Origin: an uncultured Candidatus Saccharibacteria bacterium
Lineage (GTDB): Bacteria > Patescibacteriota > Saccharimonadia > Saccharimonadales > JAUPVS01
Direction: 5' to 3'
Assembly: GCA_964462215.1 (NCBI GenBank)
Contig: CAYWVZ010000003.1
Span: forward strand, 8,752 to 72,751
DNA length: 64,000 nucleotides
The first letter of the stretch is position 1; every line of letters begins with the position of its first letter. Below the pieces are notes generated by a model. That model was given only the letters and a program-made list of their open reading frames with translations. It did not search any database and was not told the origin of the DNA. The position numbers and the translations under genes are program-made. Below, one piece after another: positions 27,246-36,457 of the stretch.

Positions 27246-30236
27246 ATGAGCAAGAACAGTCGAAAGCCGCGTGGCCAGGGCCGGGTAGGCAAAAACTACT
27301 TCGTGACCCGCAGCGGTAATACCGTCAAACTGCACCGCAGCCTATCGCAGCGGTACCGTTCCTATAAAGACAACAAGTCGCGGCGGCGGGCAGCTTATTT
27401 GAGTACTCTGCCCAAGGGCCGTGTTAAACGCTTTTTCGCGCATTTTGAGCCAAAGCGCATGTATCATTATTGGTTTAGCCGCCGCGGCGCCATTATGGCG
27501 CTCAAGGTGTTGGGTGTCGGTACGGTAGCCGCTTTCTTATTACTTATCGGTTTGTTTGCTTATTTCCGCAAAGACCTGCCGAACCTGAAAGACATCTCCG
27601 GTAGTAACATCGGCGGCAGCATCCGTTACTACGACCGGACCGGCCAAACCCTGCTCTGGGAAGATTATGACGCCGTCAAACGTATCCCTGTAACTGACGA
27701 CAATATTTCACCGTATGTCAAAGACGCCACTGTTGCCATTGAAGATAAGGACTTCTTTAAGCACGGCGGGTTTGACGTCCGCGGCATCGCCCGGGCCGGC
27801 CTGAACGATGTGTTCGGCAGCGGCGGCGGGCGACAAGGAGGCTCCACTATTACCCAGCAACTGGTTAAGCTGACGCAAAATTGGACCAACGACCAAACCT
27901 ACACCCGTAAAATTAAAGAGTTGATTCTGGCCGTCGAGCTGGAACGCAGTTATTCCAAAGATGAGATTTTAACCGGCTACCTTAATACGGCGCCGTACGG
28001 TAATGTCCAGTACGGTGTTGAGGCGGCCAGCCGCGATTACTTCCAGAAGTCGGCCAAAGACCTGACGCTCGACGAGGCGGCGTTCCTGGCGGCTATCCCC
28101 AAATCACCGTCATATTATTCGCCGTATGGTGCTTATTACAAGAACAACCAGGCCGAGACGCGGCCGGAATTGATTAGCCGCCAACATTACATTCTTGACC
28201 AGATGGCCCAGCAAGGCATGATTACTAACGAACAGCGCGACGAGGCCAAACAAGTCGATACTATGGCTAAAGTCCACGAGCCGCAGCCTAAATATGCCGG
28301 CATTCAGGCTCCGTGGTACGTGTTGGCTGCCAAGCAATCGCTAGAAGAAAAATACGGCGCCGAAACCGTACAGCGCGGCGGCTGGGTAGTCACAACAGCG
28401 CTTGATTTACCGCTGCAACAAGAAGCAGAGGCTCAGATTCAAAAAGGTATTATCCAGGTTCGCCGGCAAGGCGGTGACACGGCTGCTTTCGCCGCCGAAG
28501 ACGTCACCAACGGCCAAATGGTCGCCCTGGTCGGCGGCGTCGACTTCACTAACCCCGAATACGGCCAATTTAATTACGCCACCGCGCCGCTGCCGCCCGG
28601 CTCCAGCTACAAGCCCTATGATTACATTTCTTTGATGGAAAACTCTACCAGCGCCGGCGCCGGTTCGGTACTATATGACACGCAAGGCCCGTTGGAGGGC
28701 TATCCGTGTACCAACAAGGCATTGCCCAAGCAAGGCGGTAACTGCCTATGGGATTATGACTTCCGCTACCCCGGCGCGGTAACTATCCGGTACGCCCTGG
28801 GCGGCTCCCGCAACGTCCCGGCCGTCAAAGCTATGCTGATAGCCGGCATTAATAAAACGATTGAAGTATCCGAAAAGCTCGGCCTTAAGAGCGGCTATAA
28901 ATGTTATGCCCCCGGCGTATCCGATGTGTCGGCCGCCACTAAAGAAGACGAGGAACAATGTTACGCCTCCTCGGCCATTGGTGACGGCGCCTACCTACGG
29001 CTGGACGAACATGTCCATGGCTATGGCAGTATCTCGCGCAATGGTGTTAACCTGCCGCAAACCTACATTCTCAAGATTACTGACTCGGCAGGTAAGACCG
29101 TTGATGAATGGAAGCAGGTCAAAGGCGACCAGGCCGTTCGGCCCGATTCCGCCTATATCGTAGCCGATATATTGCAGGATCCGAACGCCAGTTACTTCCC
29201 CGGCGGCAACAAGCCCCAAGTCTATAACAACGGCAAAGGCACCTGGAAGTTCGGCATGAAGACCGGTACCACCAACGATGGTAAAGACGGCTGGATGATG
29301 GGCTTTTCGACCAAGTATGCGGCCGGTGTGTGGGTCGGCTATCACACCCGGCAACGAGTGATGAGCGGCACTATGGAGGCGATGACTCAGCCGATTTGGC
29401 AAGGTTGGATGCGAGCTGTCCACAAAGACCTCGATCCGGTCGACCGGGTGCAGCCAAGCGGTATCCAGACGTTGCCGGCGTACATTATCCGTAACCATGT
29501 CGGCATCGGTTCGGTCGAGCCTAGTCCGGCCAACGATCTTTATCCCTCTTGGTACAAACAGCCGGCTCAGCGCTCCGGCGCCGCCCAAACCATCGACAAA
29601 GTCTCTAACAAGCTAGCGACTTCGTGTACGCCGGAACTTGCCAAACAGGTGGTTAACAATGCCGCCGCCAATATGTTTTCGGTTGACAGTCTTGCACCGG
29701 GCGGGACTACCAATACTAACACTTCTGAAAATGATGATGTGCACAGGTGTGAAGACGTTAAGCCGAGCGTTACCGTGACGGCAACCGGCTGTACTGTTGT
29801 AGCAACAGTGTCCCAGGGCTCGCACGCCCTGTCCAGCGGGCAGTTCCCCGGCACCGTAAACTTCATCGTTAACGGCCAGGTGGTCAGTAGCGCCGGCGTC
29901 AGCAATAGCCCGTCTTCGGTCAGCTATACTGCGCCGGCCGGTACCGGCTCGATAACTGCCCAAGTGATCGACGGAGTACTATATGAAGCCAGCGACACCG
30001 TTAATCTGACGTGCGGCAACGGAGGTGGAGCCAGTATCCAGGCCACTACCAACGGCAGCAACGTGACCTTTACCTGGAGCGGCGTTAGCGGTAATGCGAC
30101 GGTCTACAAAACTGGTGACATCTTCCTATGTACAGGTAATGGTTCCTGTCCTGTGGCTGCCGGTTCGGCGCCCCCCGGCACTAAGGTGTATATCAAAGAC
30201 GGCAGCGGTACGGTTATTGCCAGTACTACCGTTTAA
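27246..30236 (+). CDS. bifunctional class A penicillin-binding protein (glycosyltransferase/transpeptidase) with a long C-terminal extension
   Basis: GT51 motifs EDKDFFKHGG and GGSTITQQLVK; transpeptidase motifs SSYK, SRN and KTGTT. Basic cytoplasmic tail of about 80 aa plus a TM helix. The C-terminal extension of about 250 aa is Ser/Thr/Gly/Val-rich and looks like beta-sandwich. Confidence 0.92.
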   Translation: MSKNSRKPRGQGRVGKNYFVTRSGNTVKLHRSLSQRYRSYKDNKSRRRAAYLSTLPKGRVKRFFAHFEPKRMYHYWFSRRGAIMALKVLGVGTVAAFLLLIGLFAYFRKDLPNLKDISGSNIGGSIRYYDRTGQTLLWEDYDAVKRIPVTDDNISPYVKDATVAIEDKDFFKHGGFDVRGIARAGLNDVFGSGGGRQGGSTITQQLVKLTQNWTNDQTYTRKIKELILAVELERSYSKDEILTGYLNTAPYGNVQYGVEAASRDYFQKSAKDLTLDEAAFLAAIPKSPSYYSPYGAYYKNNQAETRPELISRQHYILDQMAQQGMITNEQRDEAKQVDTMAKVHEPQPKYAGIQAPWYVLAAKQSLEEKYGAETVQRGGWVVTTALDLPLQQEAEAQIQKGIIQVRRQGGDTAAFAAEDVTNGQMVALVGGVDFTNPEYGQFNYATAPLPPGSSYKPYDYISLMENSTSAGAGSVLYDTQGPLEGYPCTNKALPKQGGNCLWDYDFRYPGAVTIRYALGGSRNVPAVKAMLIAGINKTIEVSEKLGLKSGYKCYAPGVSDVSAATKEDEEQCYASSAIGDGAYLRLDEHVHGYGSISRNGVNLPQTYILKITDSAGKTVDEWKQVKGDQAVRPDSAYIVADILQDPNASYFPGGNKPQVYNNGKGTWKFGMKTGTTNDGKDGWMMGFSTKYAAGVWVGYHTRQRVMSGTMEAMTQPIWQGWMRAVHKDLDPVDRVQPSGIQTLPAYIIRNHVGIGSVEPSPANDLYPSWYKQPAQRSGAAQTIDKVSNKLATSCTPELAKQVVNNAAANMFSVDSLAPGGTTNTNTSENDDVHRCEDVKPSVTVTATGCTVVATVSQGSHALSSGQFPGTVNFIVNGQVVSSAGVSNSPSSVSYTAPAGTGSITAQVIDGVLYEASDTVNLTCGNGGGASIQATTNGSNVTFTWSGVSGNATVYKTGDIFLCTGNGSCPVAAGSAPPGTKVYIKDGSGTVIASTTV

Positions 30237-30241
30237 ACTTC

Positions 30242-31588
30242 TTACGACTCCAAAAATTGATTAAGCGCGTCACGAACAGTGGTGACGCCCTTTAGCAGGG
30301 TTGGTTGCTTACCGCCTCTGACGACCGGCCCGATAGCCGCCTTAAAGCCCAGTTTTTTGGCTTCTTGCACCCGTTTATCAATAAACGGTACGTGGCGCAC
30401 TTCGCCCGACAGGCCGACTTCGCCGAAGACAACGGCATTTTGCTTAAGCTGCAGACCACGGGCGGCCGAACCGATGGCCATGCAGATAGCCAGGTCTGCC
30501 GCGGGTTCCGTAATCCGGATACCACCGACAATATTGATAAAAATATCCTGGTCGGCCAAACTGAGTTTGGTGCGACGCTCCAGCATAGCCACCAGCAGAT
30601 TGATACGGTTAAGGTCGATGCCGCTGGCCGTGCGCTTAGGATACCCGTACGAAGTTTTATTAACCAGTGCCTGCACCTCTACCAGGATGGGGCGCGAGCC
30701 TTCCATGGTAGCCAACACCACCGAACCGTCACTAATCTGCCGTTCGGCCAGCAATGCGGCAGAAGGGTTCTTAACGGGAAACAAGCCCTTGTCTTGCATT
30801 TCAAAGATTGCTACTTCGTTGGTAGACCCGTAACGGTTCTTGACGCCGCGCAGCACCTTAAAGCCGCCGTAGCGGTCGCCCTCCAGCTGTAATACCACGT
30901 CAACGACATGTTCTAATACTTTAGGGCCGGCTATCGAGCCCTCTTTGGTAACATGGCCGACCAGAATAAGCGCCGTGTTGCTTTGTTTGGCAGCCGCTGC
31001 CAGCAAGTGGGCGCTGTTGGTTATTTGGCTGACACTGCCCGGCCCCGAGCTGATAGCCCCGCAACTAACAGTTTGAATTGAGTCAACTACCACCAACGTA
31101 TGGGCGCCCTCAGCGATAGTAGCAGCGATATCGTCAGCACTGTTGCTGGTGGCAATCATCAGGTTTTTGGCGCTGACGCCTAACCGTTCGGCCCGCAAGC
31201 CGACTTGGTGGGCTGATTCTTCACCGCTGACATACAGTACGGATTGCTTGGCGGCTAAGGCGCTAGCTACCTGCAACAGCAGAGTGCTTTTGCCGATGCC
31301 GGGCTCACCGGCCAGCAAGCTGACACTGCCGGCCACAAAACCGCCGCCCAAGACAGTGTCCACGTCCACCAAGCCGGTTGGCAGCCGGTGAGCCCGGTCC
31401 TTGCCGGCAACTGCCGTCAGCGTAGCAGACCGCAGTTGCCGGCCGCCTGAGACGATCTGTTGCGGCTCCACCGACAATTCTTCTTCCAGGGTGTTCCATT
31501 CGCCGCAAACGTGGCACTTCCCTGCCCACGTGGCCGATTGGGCGCCGCAATTCCGGCAGACATAACGGACAGCCCCTTTCTTACTCAT
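30242..31588 (-). CDS. radA: DNA repair protein RadA/Sms
   Basis: N-terminal CxxC...CxxC zinc finger, Walker A GEPGIGKST, KNRYG motif, Lon-like C-terminal domain. Confidence 0.95.
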   Translation of the reverse strand: MSKKGAVRYVCRNCGAQSATWAGKCHVCGEWNTLEEELSVEPQQIVSGGRQLRSATLTAVAGKDRAHRLPTGLVDVDTVLGGGFVAGSVSLLAGEPGIGKSTLLLQVASALAAKQSVLYVSGEESAHQVGLRAERLGVSAKNLMIATSNSADDIAATIAEGAHTLVVVDSIQTVSCGAISSGPGSVSQITNSAHLLAAAAKQSNTALILVGHVTKEGSIAGPKVLEHVVDVVLQLEGDRYGGFKVLRGVKNRYGSTNEVAIFEMQDKGLFPVKNPSAALLAERQISDGSVVLATMEGSRPILVEVQALVNKTSYGYPKRTASGIDLNRINLLVAMLERRTKLSLADQDIFINIVGGIRITEPAADLAICMAIGSAARGLQLKQNAVVFGEVGLSGEVRHVPFIDKRVQEAKKLGFKAAIGPVVRGGKQPTLLKGVTTVRDALNQFLES

Positions 31589-32559
31589 TCTGTCTCCTGA
31601 GGCTGCAAACGGCTATCTATGGCTTTTACTAAGTCCCGCTCTTCAATTACCAGCTGGTTGCGTTCATTGACTAGCTGGTTATAGGTTTCAACCTGGGCAC
31701 GAGTCGCTGCCACCACGGCGTTATATTGGCGCACCAAGACGTTAAAGTGGCCGACTCCGGCGTTATAACCTTGGTAGTTGCCAGCCGCCAGCATTGCGTC
31801 GAGCAGCTGGCGTTCGGCCTGCAAGGCCGTGTCGCGGGCTGCTAAGTCTGTTTGGTTGGCGTCAATCTGTTGTTTTAGCGCATCCATCTGAGCATCATAC
31901 TCGGCGACCCGCTGTTTGCGCGAAGTGAATTCCTGCTCGTAAGCATTCAGATAGGCTACCACCTGGGCGCGATCGGTGAAATATTGCCGGTAGTAGGTTT
32001 CGAGTTCGGGCGGCAGCTCGGCCACTTCGGTACCTAAAATAGAGTGGAGTTCATTAAAAACATCGTCACCGGCCTGGCGGTAGCTGTCGACATTAGCGCG
32101 GATACGCGGATTGGTTACACTGGCATATGCTTTTTCCAGCAGGGCGTTGACCCGCCGGCGCTCACTGTCGCTCAAGCGCTGGTAGGCTACATGCAGCATT
32201 TCGTGAGCCGCTGTAACTTGTTTAATCCCCTGTAAGCGCGGGTCCTGTACATCATACAGATAAATGCCCTGGTTGGTGACATAGCAGCCCAGCACGATAG
32301 TCTGCTCGTGGCCGTGGCAGTTTTGGTTGAAAGCCTCTTTATCGTCCAGTTCGGGGTGGAAGACATAAAATAAGCGCTGAGCCTTCGGTGTCATAGTGGT
32401 GTCAGCGGCTAACTGAGCGACCGCCGGCGGCGCCTGGTAGCCGCGCAACCGCCACCAATCGAAGATGGTTTGGCGCTGCCAAAAGCCGACAGCCACCGCT
32501 GCCAACACCAGCAGAGGTATGACTAACCCAACAACCCGTGAAGATTTATGCTGCTGCAT
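31585..32559 (-). CDS. membrane-anchored HExxH (putative zinc metalloprotease) protein with a C-terminal coiled coil
   Basis: N-terminal TM helix, AAHEMLHVAY motif, Q/A/L-rich heptad C-terminal half. 4-nt overlap with radA. Confidence 0.45.
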   Translation of the reverse strand: MQQHKSSRVVGLVIPLLVLAAVAVGFWQRQTIFDWWRLRGYQAPPAVAQLAADTTMTPKAQRLFYVFHPELDDKEAFNQNCHGHEQTIVLGCYVTNQGIYLYDVQDPRLQGIKQVTAAHEMLHVAYQRLSDSERRRVNALLEKAYASVTNPRIRANVDSYRQAGDDVFNELHSILGTEVAELPPELETYYRQYFTDRAQVVAYLNAYEQEFTSRKQRVAEYDAQMDALKQQIDANQTDLAARDTALQAERQLLDAMLAAGNYQGYNAGVGHFNVLVRQYNAVVAATRAQVETYNQLVNERNQLVIEERDLVKAIDSRLQPQETE

Positions 32560-32577
32560 TGGCTTTATTATACCGTT

Positions 32578-35067
32578 TTATTCGGCAGCTGCGCTATAGG
32601 CAAGTGTTTTGCCGCGGGCGCCCACCTGGACGATTTCGCCTTTTTGGTAGGCCTCATCCAAAACCTGCAGGGCGATATGGTCCTCGATAGTATCTTGGAT
32701 CAGGCGCCGCAGCGGCCGCACGCCGTTGTGGGCATCATAGCCGTTTTCCAGCAAATACTGCTTGGCGCTGGCGGTCACCTGCAAACCCAGGCCGCGCTTA
32801 ATCAGGCGCTGGCGTAATTCATCAAGCTGCAAGTCCAAAATTTTCAGGACGTCTTTTTTAGTTAGAGCCCGGAAGACAATTACTTTATCGATACGATTGA
32901 GCAGTTCGGGCCGCATCATTTTTTTGAGTTCGTCCTGGACTTTGTCTTTATTGCTGGCATGCATGGCGTCCAGGTCTTTGAGTTCGTCTTTGGCGGTGGC
33001 ATGGAAGCCAAGCGAGGCCTCTTTTTGCAACTTATCGGCACCGAGGTTGCTGGTCATGATGATAATAGTGTTGCTGAAGTCGATTTTACGGCCCTTAGCG
33101 TCAGTCAGGACACCGTCCTCCAGGATCTGCAGCAACATATTAAAGACTTCGGGGTGGGCTTTTTCGATTTCGTCGAACACCACTAGGCTATAGGGCTGCC
33201 GGCGGATTTTGTCGGTCAGTTGGCCGCCGTCATCGTAGCCGACGTAACCAGCCGGCGCGCCAACCAGCCGCGAGGTGGTGTGTTTTTCGCTGAATTCACT
33301 CATGTCAATTTTGATCATGGCGTCTTCGCTGCCGAAGAATTCGCGGGCCAATACCCGGCCGAGTTCGGTTTTGCCGACACCCGTCGGACCCAAGAACACA
33401 AACGAACCAATCGGGCGGCGCTCGCTGCTAATACCGGAGCGGTTACGGCGGATAGCCTTGGCAACAGCCGTAACGGCCTCGTCCTGGCCGATAATGTGCT
33501 TGCCCAGCTGTTTTTCCAGATTAAGCAGGTATTTGGCTTCGGAACGGATAACTTTGGTGACCGGCACACCGGTGATACGCGACACGACATCCGCTACGTC
33601 TTCGCTGGTCATAGCAATCTTTTTACCGCTCTTGGTGCTGGCTTTGAGGTCAGCCAGCTCTTTGGTTACCTGGCTGGCGCGGGTTTTGTACTGGGCGGCT
33701 TTTTCGTAGTCGCCGTTATCGGCGGCTTCTTCCATACGGACGTTTAGTAATTTGAGCTCTTTTTGGAACTTGCGGACATCGGGCGGCGTCTTGCCTCTGT
33801 CGACGCGCAAGTGGGCAGCGGTTTCGTCCATCAGGTCAATGGCTTTGTCGGGCATGTAGCGGTCGGCAATGTAGCGTTTAGCCAATGTTACGGTGTCATC
33901 CAAGACTTCGTCGCTGACTTTGACGTTGTGATATTGCTCATAATGTTTGCGTAGGCCTTTCAGAATAGCCAGGGTCTCGGCCGGATTGGTTTCGGGTACC
34001 TGGATAGGTTGGAAGCGGCGCTCCAGGGCGGCATCTTTTTCGATGTGCTTGGTGTATTCGTCGGTGGTAGTAGCGCCGATGACTTGGATTTTGCCGCGAG
34101 CCAGGGCTGGTTTGAGGATGTTACCGGCGTCCATGGCGCCTTCGGCGGCACCGGCACCGACAATTAAGTGCAGTTCATCAATAAAGACAATGGTTTTGTC
34201 GTCGTTTTCGAGTTCGGTCATAACTTTTTTGAGGCGCTCTTCGAACTCACCGCGGTACTTGGTGCCGGCAATCATACCGGCCAGGTCAAGGATAACGATA
34301 CGCTTGTCGAGCAGGCTGTCGGGCACGTCTTCGGCGATAATGCGCTGCGCCAAACCCTCAACTATCGCTGTCTTGCCGACGCCCGGTTCGCCGATGAGCA
34401 CGGGGTTATTCTTGGTGCGGCGGTTTAAAATGGTAATAACCCGCCGAATTTGCGGCTCGCGGCCGACCACCGGATCGAGTTTACCGCCGCGGGCTTGCGC
34501 CGTCAGGTCGGTGCCGTAAAAGTCCAGCGCGCCCTTGCCGCGTTTTTTGCCGGCCCGGCGCTGAAAACCGGTTTGGCCGCCGCCAGCGCTGCTGTCTTCG
34601 TATTGTTGGCGGTTCAAGAATTGTTCCAACTCGTTGAGCAGGTCATCAACACTAACATTCATGTCACGCAACAGCACGGTGGCCCGGGCGTTTTTTTGGC
34701 TGAGGATACTGTAGAGGATGTGTTCGGTGCCGCAGAATTCCTGGTTGAAGTTCTGAGCCACATCGAAAGCCATGCGCAGGGTCAGTTTGGCCGTCTCGCT
34801 CAGACCTTTGGCGCCCATATTTAGGACCAGGGTTTTTGGTGTCAGATTAAGAGCCAGCCGGGCCCGGTCGAGCGTTACGCCGGCACCCTCCAGCAACTTG
34901 GCGCCCATTGAAGAATCCTGAGCCAATACGCCTAGCAGCAGGTGCTCCGTGCCCACGTAGGCACTGCCAAAATTGCGAGCAATGGCGTCGGCATGCTTGA
35001 GACTCTGCACCGCGTTGTCCGTCAAGTGATTGAGAAACTCTTGAAAATCGGCGTTACTGGGCATCAT
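32578..35067 (-). CDS. clpC: ATP-dependent Clp protease ATP-binding subunit ClpC
   Basis: Two Clp_N repeats, Walker A GEPGVGKT and GPTGVGKT, a UVR-like linker, 829 aa. Confidence 0.95.
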   Translation of the reverse strand: MMPSNADFQEFLNHLTDNAVQSLKHADAIARNFGSAYVGTEHLLLGVLAQDSSMGAKLLEGAGVTLDRARLALNLTPKTLVLNMGAKGLSETAKLTLRMAFDVAQNFNQEFCGTEHILYSILSQKNARATVLLRDMNVSVDDLLNELEQFLNRQQYEDSSAGGGQTGFQRRAGKKRGKGALDFYGTDLTAQARGGKLDPVVGREPQIRRVITILNRRTKNNPVLIGEPGVGKTAIVEGLAQRIIAEDVPDSLLDKRIVILDLAGMIAGTKYRGEFEERLKKVMTELENDDKTIVFIDELHLIVGAGAAEGAMDAGNILKPALARGKIQVIGATTTDEYTKHIEKDAALERRFQPIQVPETNPAETLAILKGLRKHYEQYHNVKVSDEVLDDTVTLAKRYIADRYMPDKAIDLMDETAAHLRVDRGKTPPDVRKFQKELKLLNVRMEEAADNGDYEKAAQYKTRASQVTKELADLKASTKSGKKIAMTSEDVADVVSRITGVPVTKVIRSEAKYLLNLEKQLGKHIIGQDEAVTAVAKAIRRNRSGISSERRPIGSFVFLGPTGVGKTELGRVLAREFFGSEDAMIKIDMSEFSEKHTTSRLVGAPAGYVGYDDGGQLTDKIRRQPYSLVVFDEIEKAHPEVFNMLLQILEDGVLTDAKGRKIDFSNTIIIMTSNLGADKLQKEASLGFHATAKDELKDLDAMHASNKDKVQDELKKMMRPELLNRIDKVIVFRALTKKDVLKILDLQLDELRQRLIKRGLGLQVTASAKQYLLENGYDAHNGVRPLRRLIQDTIEDHIALQVLDEAYQKGEIVQVGARGKTLAYSAAAE

Positions 35068-35076
35068 AGTACTTTT

Positions 35077-35115
35077 ATGATACTAGTGCTAGCACTCTCG
35101 TGTCAAGAGTGCTAA
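35077..35115 (-). promoter_or_regulatory. second CIRCE-type inverted repeat embedded in the clpC promoter
   Basis: The 29 nt at 35087-35115 are identical to 15146-15174. Same TTGACA-18 nt-TATCAT arrangement, with the -10 lying 9 nt before the ATG. Confidence 0.75.
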
Positions 35116-35122
35116 ATCATCG

Positions 35123-36337
35123 TTATTTGGCGGTGTCTTCGCCATGTTCTTCAATGGCTTCCAGCAGGCTGCTTTCCAGTTCGGATTTCTTCTTGAGCTT
35201 GGGCGGATTGACGGCAGTTTGGCCAGTGGCTGGCTTTTCGGCCGGTGTTTCGGCACTAGCTTCAGCTGGAGCTGCCGCGGCGGGCACTTCGTCTTCCTGT
35301 TTGTCGGCAGTTATATCGATTTCGTGGCCGGTCAATTTGCTGGCCAAGCGTACGTTCTGGCCGTTTTTACCAATAGCAATACTGAGTTGGTCTTCGGGCA
35401 CCACGACGGTAGCCTTGTTGGTATCTTTGTTGATAGTAACTTTGGTGACTTGAGTCGGGCTGAGGGCGTTCTGGATGTAGGTAGCCGGATCTTCGTCCCA
35501 AACGACGATATCGATTTTCTCTTGTTCGCCGACCTCACTCATAACAGCGTTAACGCGCGTGCCGTGACCGCCGACGAACGTGCCGACCGGGTCAACGCCG
35601 GGTACGGTGCTAGCTACAGCCAGTTTGGTGCGCACGCCGGCTTCGCGGGCAATGCCTTTGATTTCGACGGCGCCGTTTTCCATTTCGGGTACTTCGGCTC
35701 TAAACAGCCAGTCGATAAATTCGGTGTTGCCGCGGCTGACTACCAGCTGCGGGCCACGAAAGCCGCGCTCGACGTCTTTTAGGAACACTTTGAGGCGCTG
35801 GCCGGGGTAGTAACGCTCGCCTTGGATTTGTTCGCTCATTGGCATGATACCTTGGGCTTTGCCTAGGTCAATCCGCACAATGCGGCCTTCGACGCGGGCA
35901 ACGATACCGTTGATGACGGTGCCGATTTTATCTTCGTATTCGTTCATAATAATATCGCGCTCGGCTTCACGCAGACGTTGCAAAATAACCTGCTTGGCGG
36001 TTTGGGCGGCCACACGACCGAAGTCTTCGACCTTTTCTTCGATTTCGATAGTTTCGCCGACCTTGGCGTTCTTACGGATAACTTGAGCGTCGCCCAGGCT
36101 GATTTGCACTACCGGATCTTCGACTTCTTTAACGATTTCTTTAGTTACGTAAGCAGTAACGTCGCCGGTGTTGAGGTTCATATTAACGCGAACCTCTTGC
36201 TCGCGGTCGCCGTAGTCGCGGCGGTAGGCAGCAGCTAGCGCCTGTTCGACCACTTCTTGTACGGTTTCTTCAGGTAGGTTTTTCTCTTCGGCGATTGCCT
36301 GGATAGCTTGCGCCAGCTGTTTAAAATCCATTTCCAT
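35123..36337 (-). CDS. nusA: transcription termination/antitermination protein NusA
   Basis: N-terminal domain, S1 and two KH domains by similarity. Ala/Pro/Glu-rich C-terminal tail. Confidence 0.93.
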   Translation of the reverse strand: MEMDFKQLAQAIQAIAEEKNLPEETVQEVVEQALAAAYRRDYGDREQEVRVNMNLNTGDVTAYVTKEIVKEVEDPVVQISLGDAQVIRKNAKVGETIEIEEKVEDFGRVAAQTAKQVILQRLREAERDIIMNEYEDKIGTVINGIVARVEGRIVRIDLGKAQGIMPMSEQIQGERYYPGQRLKVFLKDVERGFRGPQLVVSRGNTEFIDWLFRAEVPEMENGAVEIKGIAREAGVRTKLAVASTVPGVDPVGTFVGGHGTRVNAVMSEVGEQEKIDIVVWDEDPATYIQNALSPTQVTKVTINKDTNKATVVVPEDQLSIAIGKNGQNVRLASKLTGHEIDITADKQEDEVPAAAAPAEASAETPAEKPATGQTAVNPPKLKKKSELESSLLEAIEEHGEDTAK

Positions 36338-36375
36338 AGTGTTTCCTTTCGTTAGATGCTTAGGGCTTTTGCATG

Positions 36376-36396
36376 AAAAAAGCCGACCTGCCGGCC
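36376..36396 (-). terminator. putative intrinsic terminator after the surface-protein gene
   Basis: Minus strand reads GCCGG-CAGG-TCGGC followed by TTTTTTC. Confidence 0.4.
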
Positions 36397-36457
36397 GACC
36401 TAACTGAATTCAGTCTAACAAAATTACCAGGGGCAGTCAAGCAAGAGTGACAAACGT

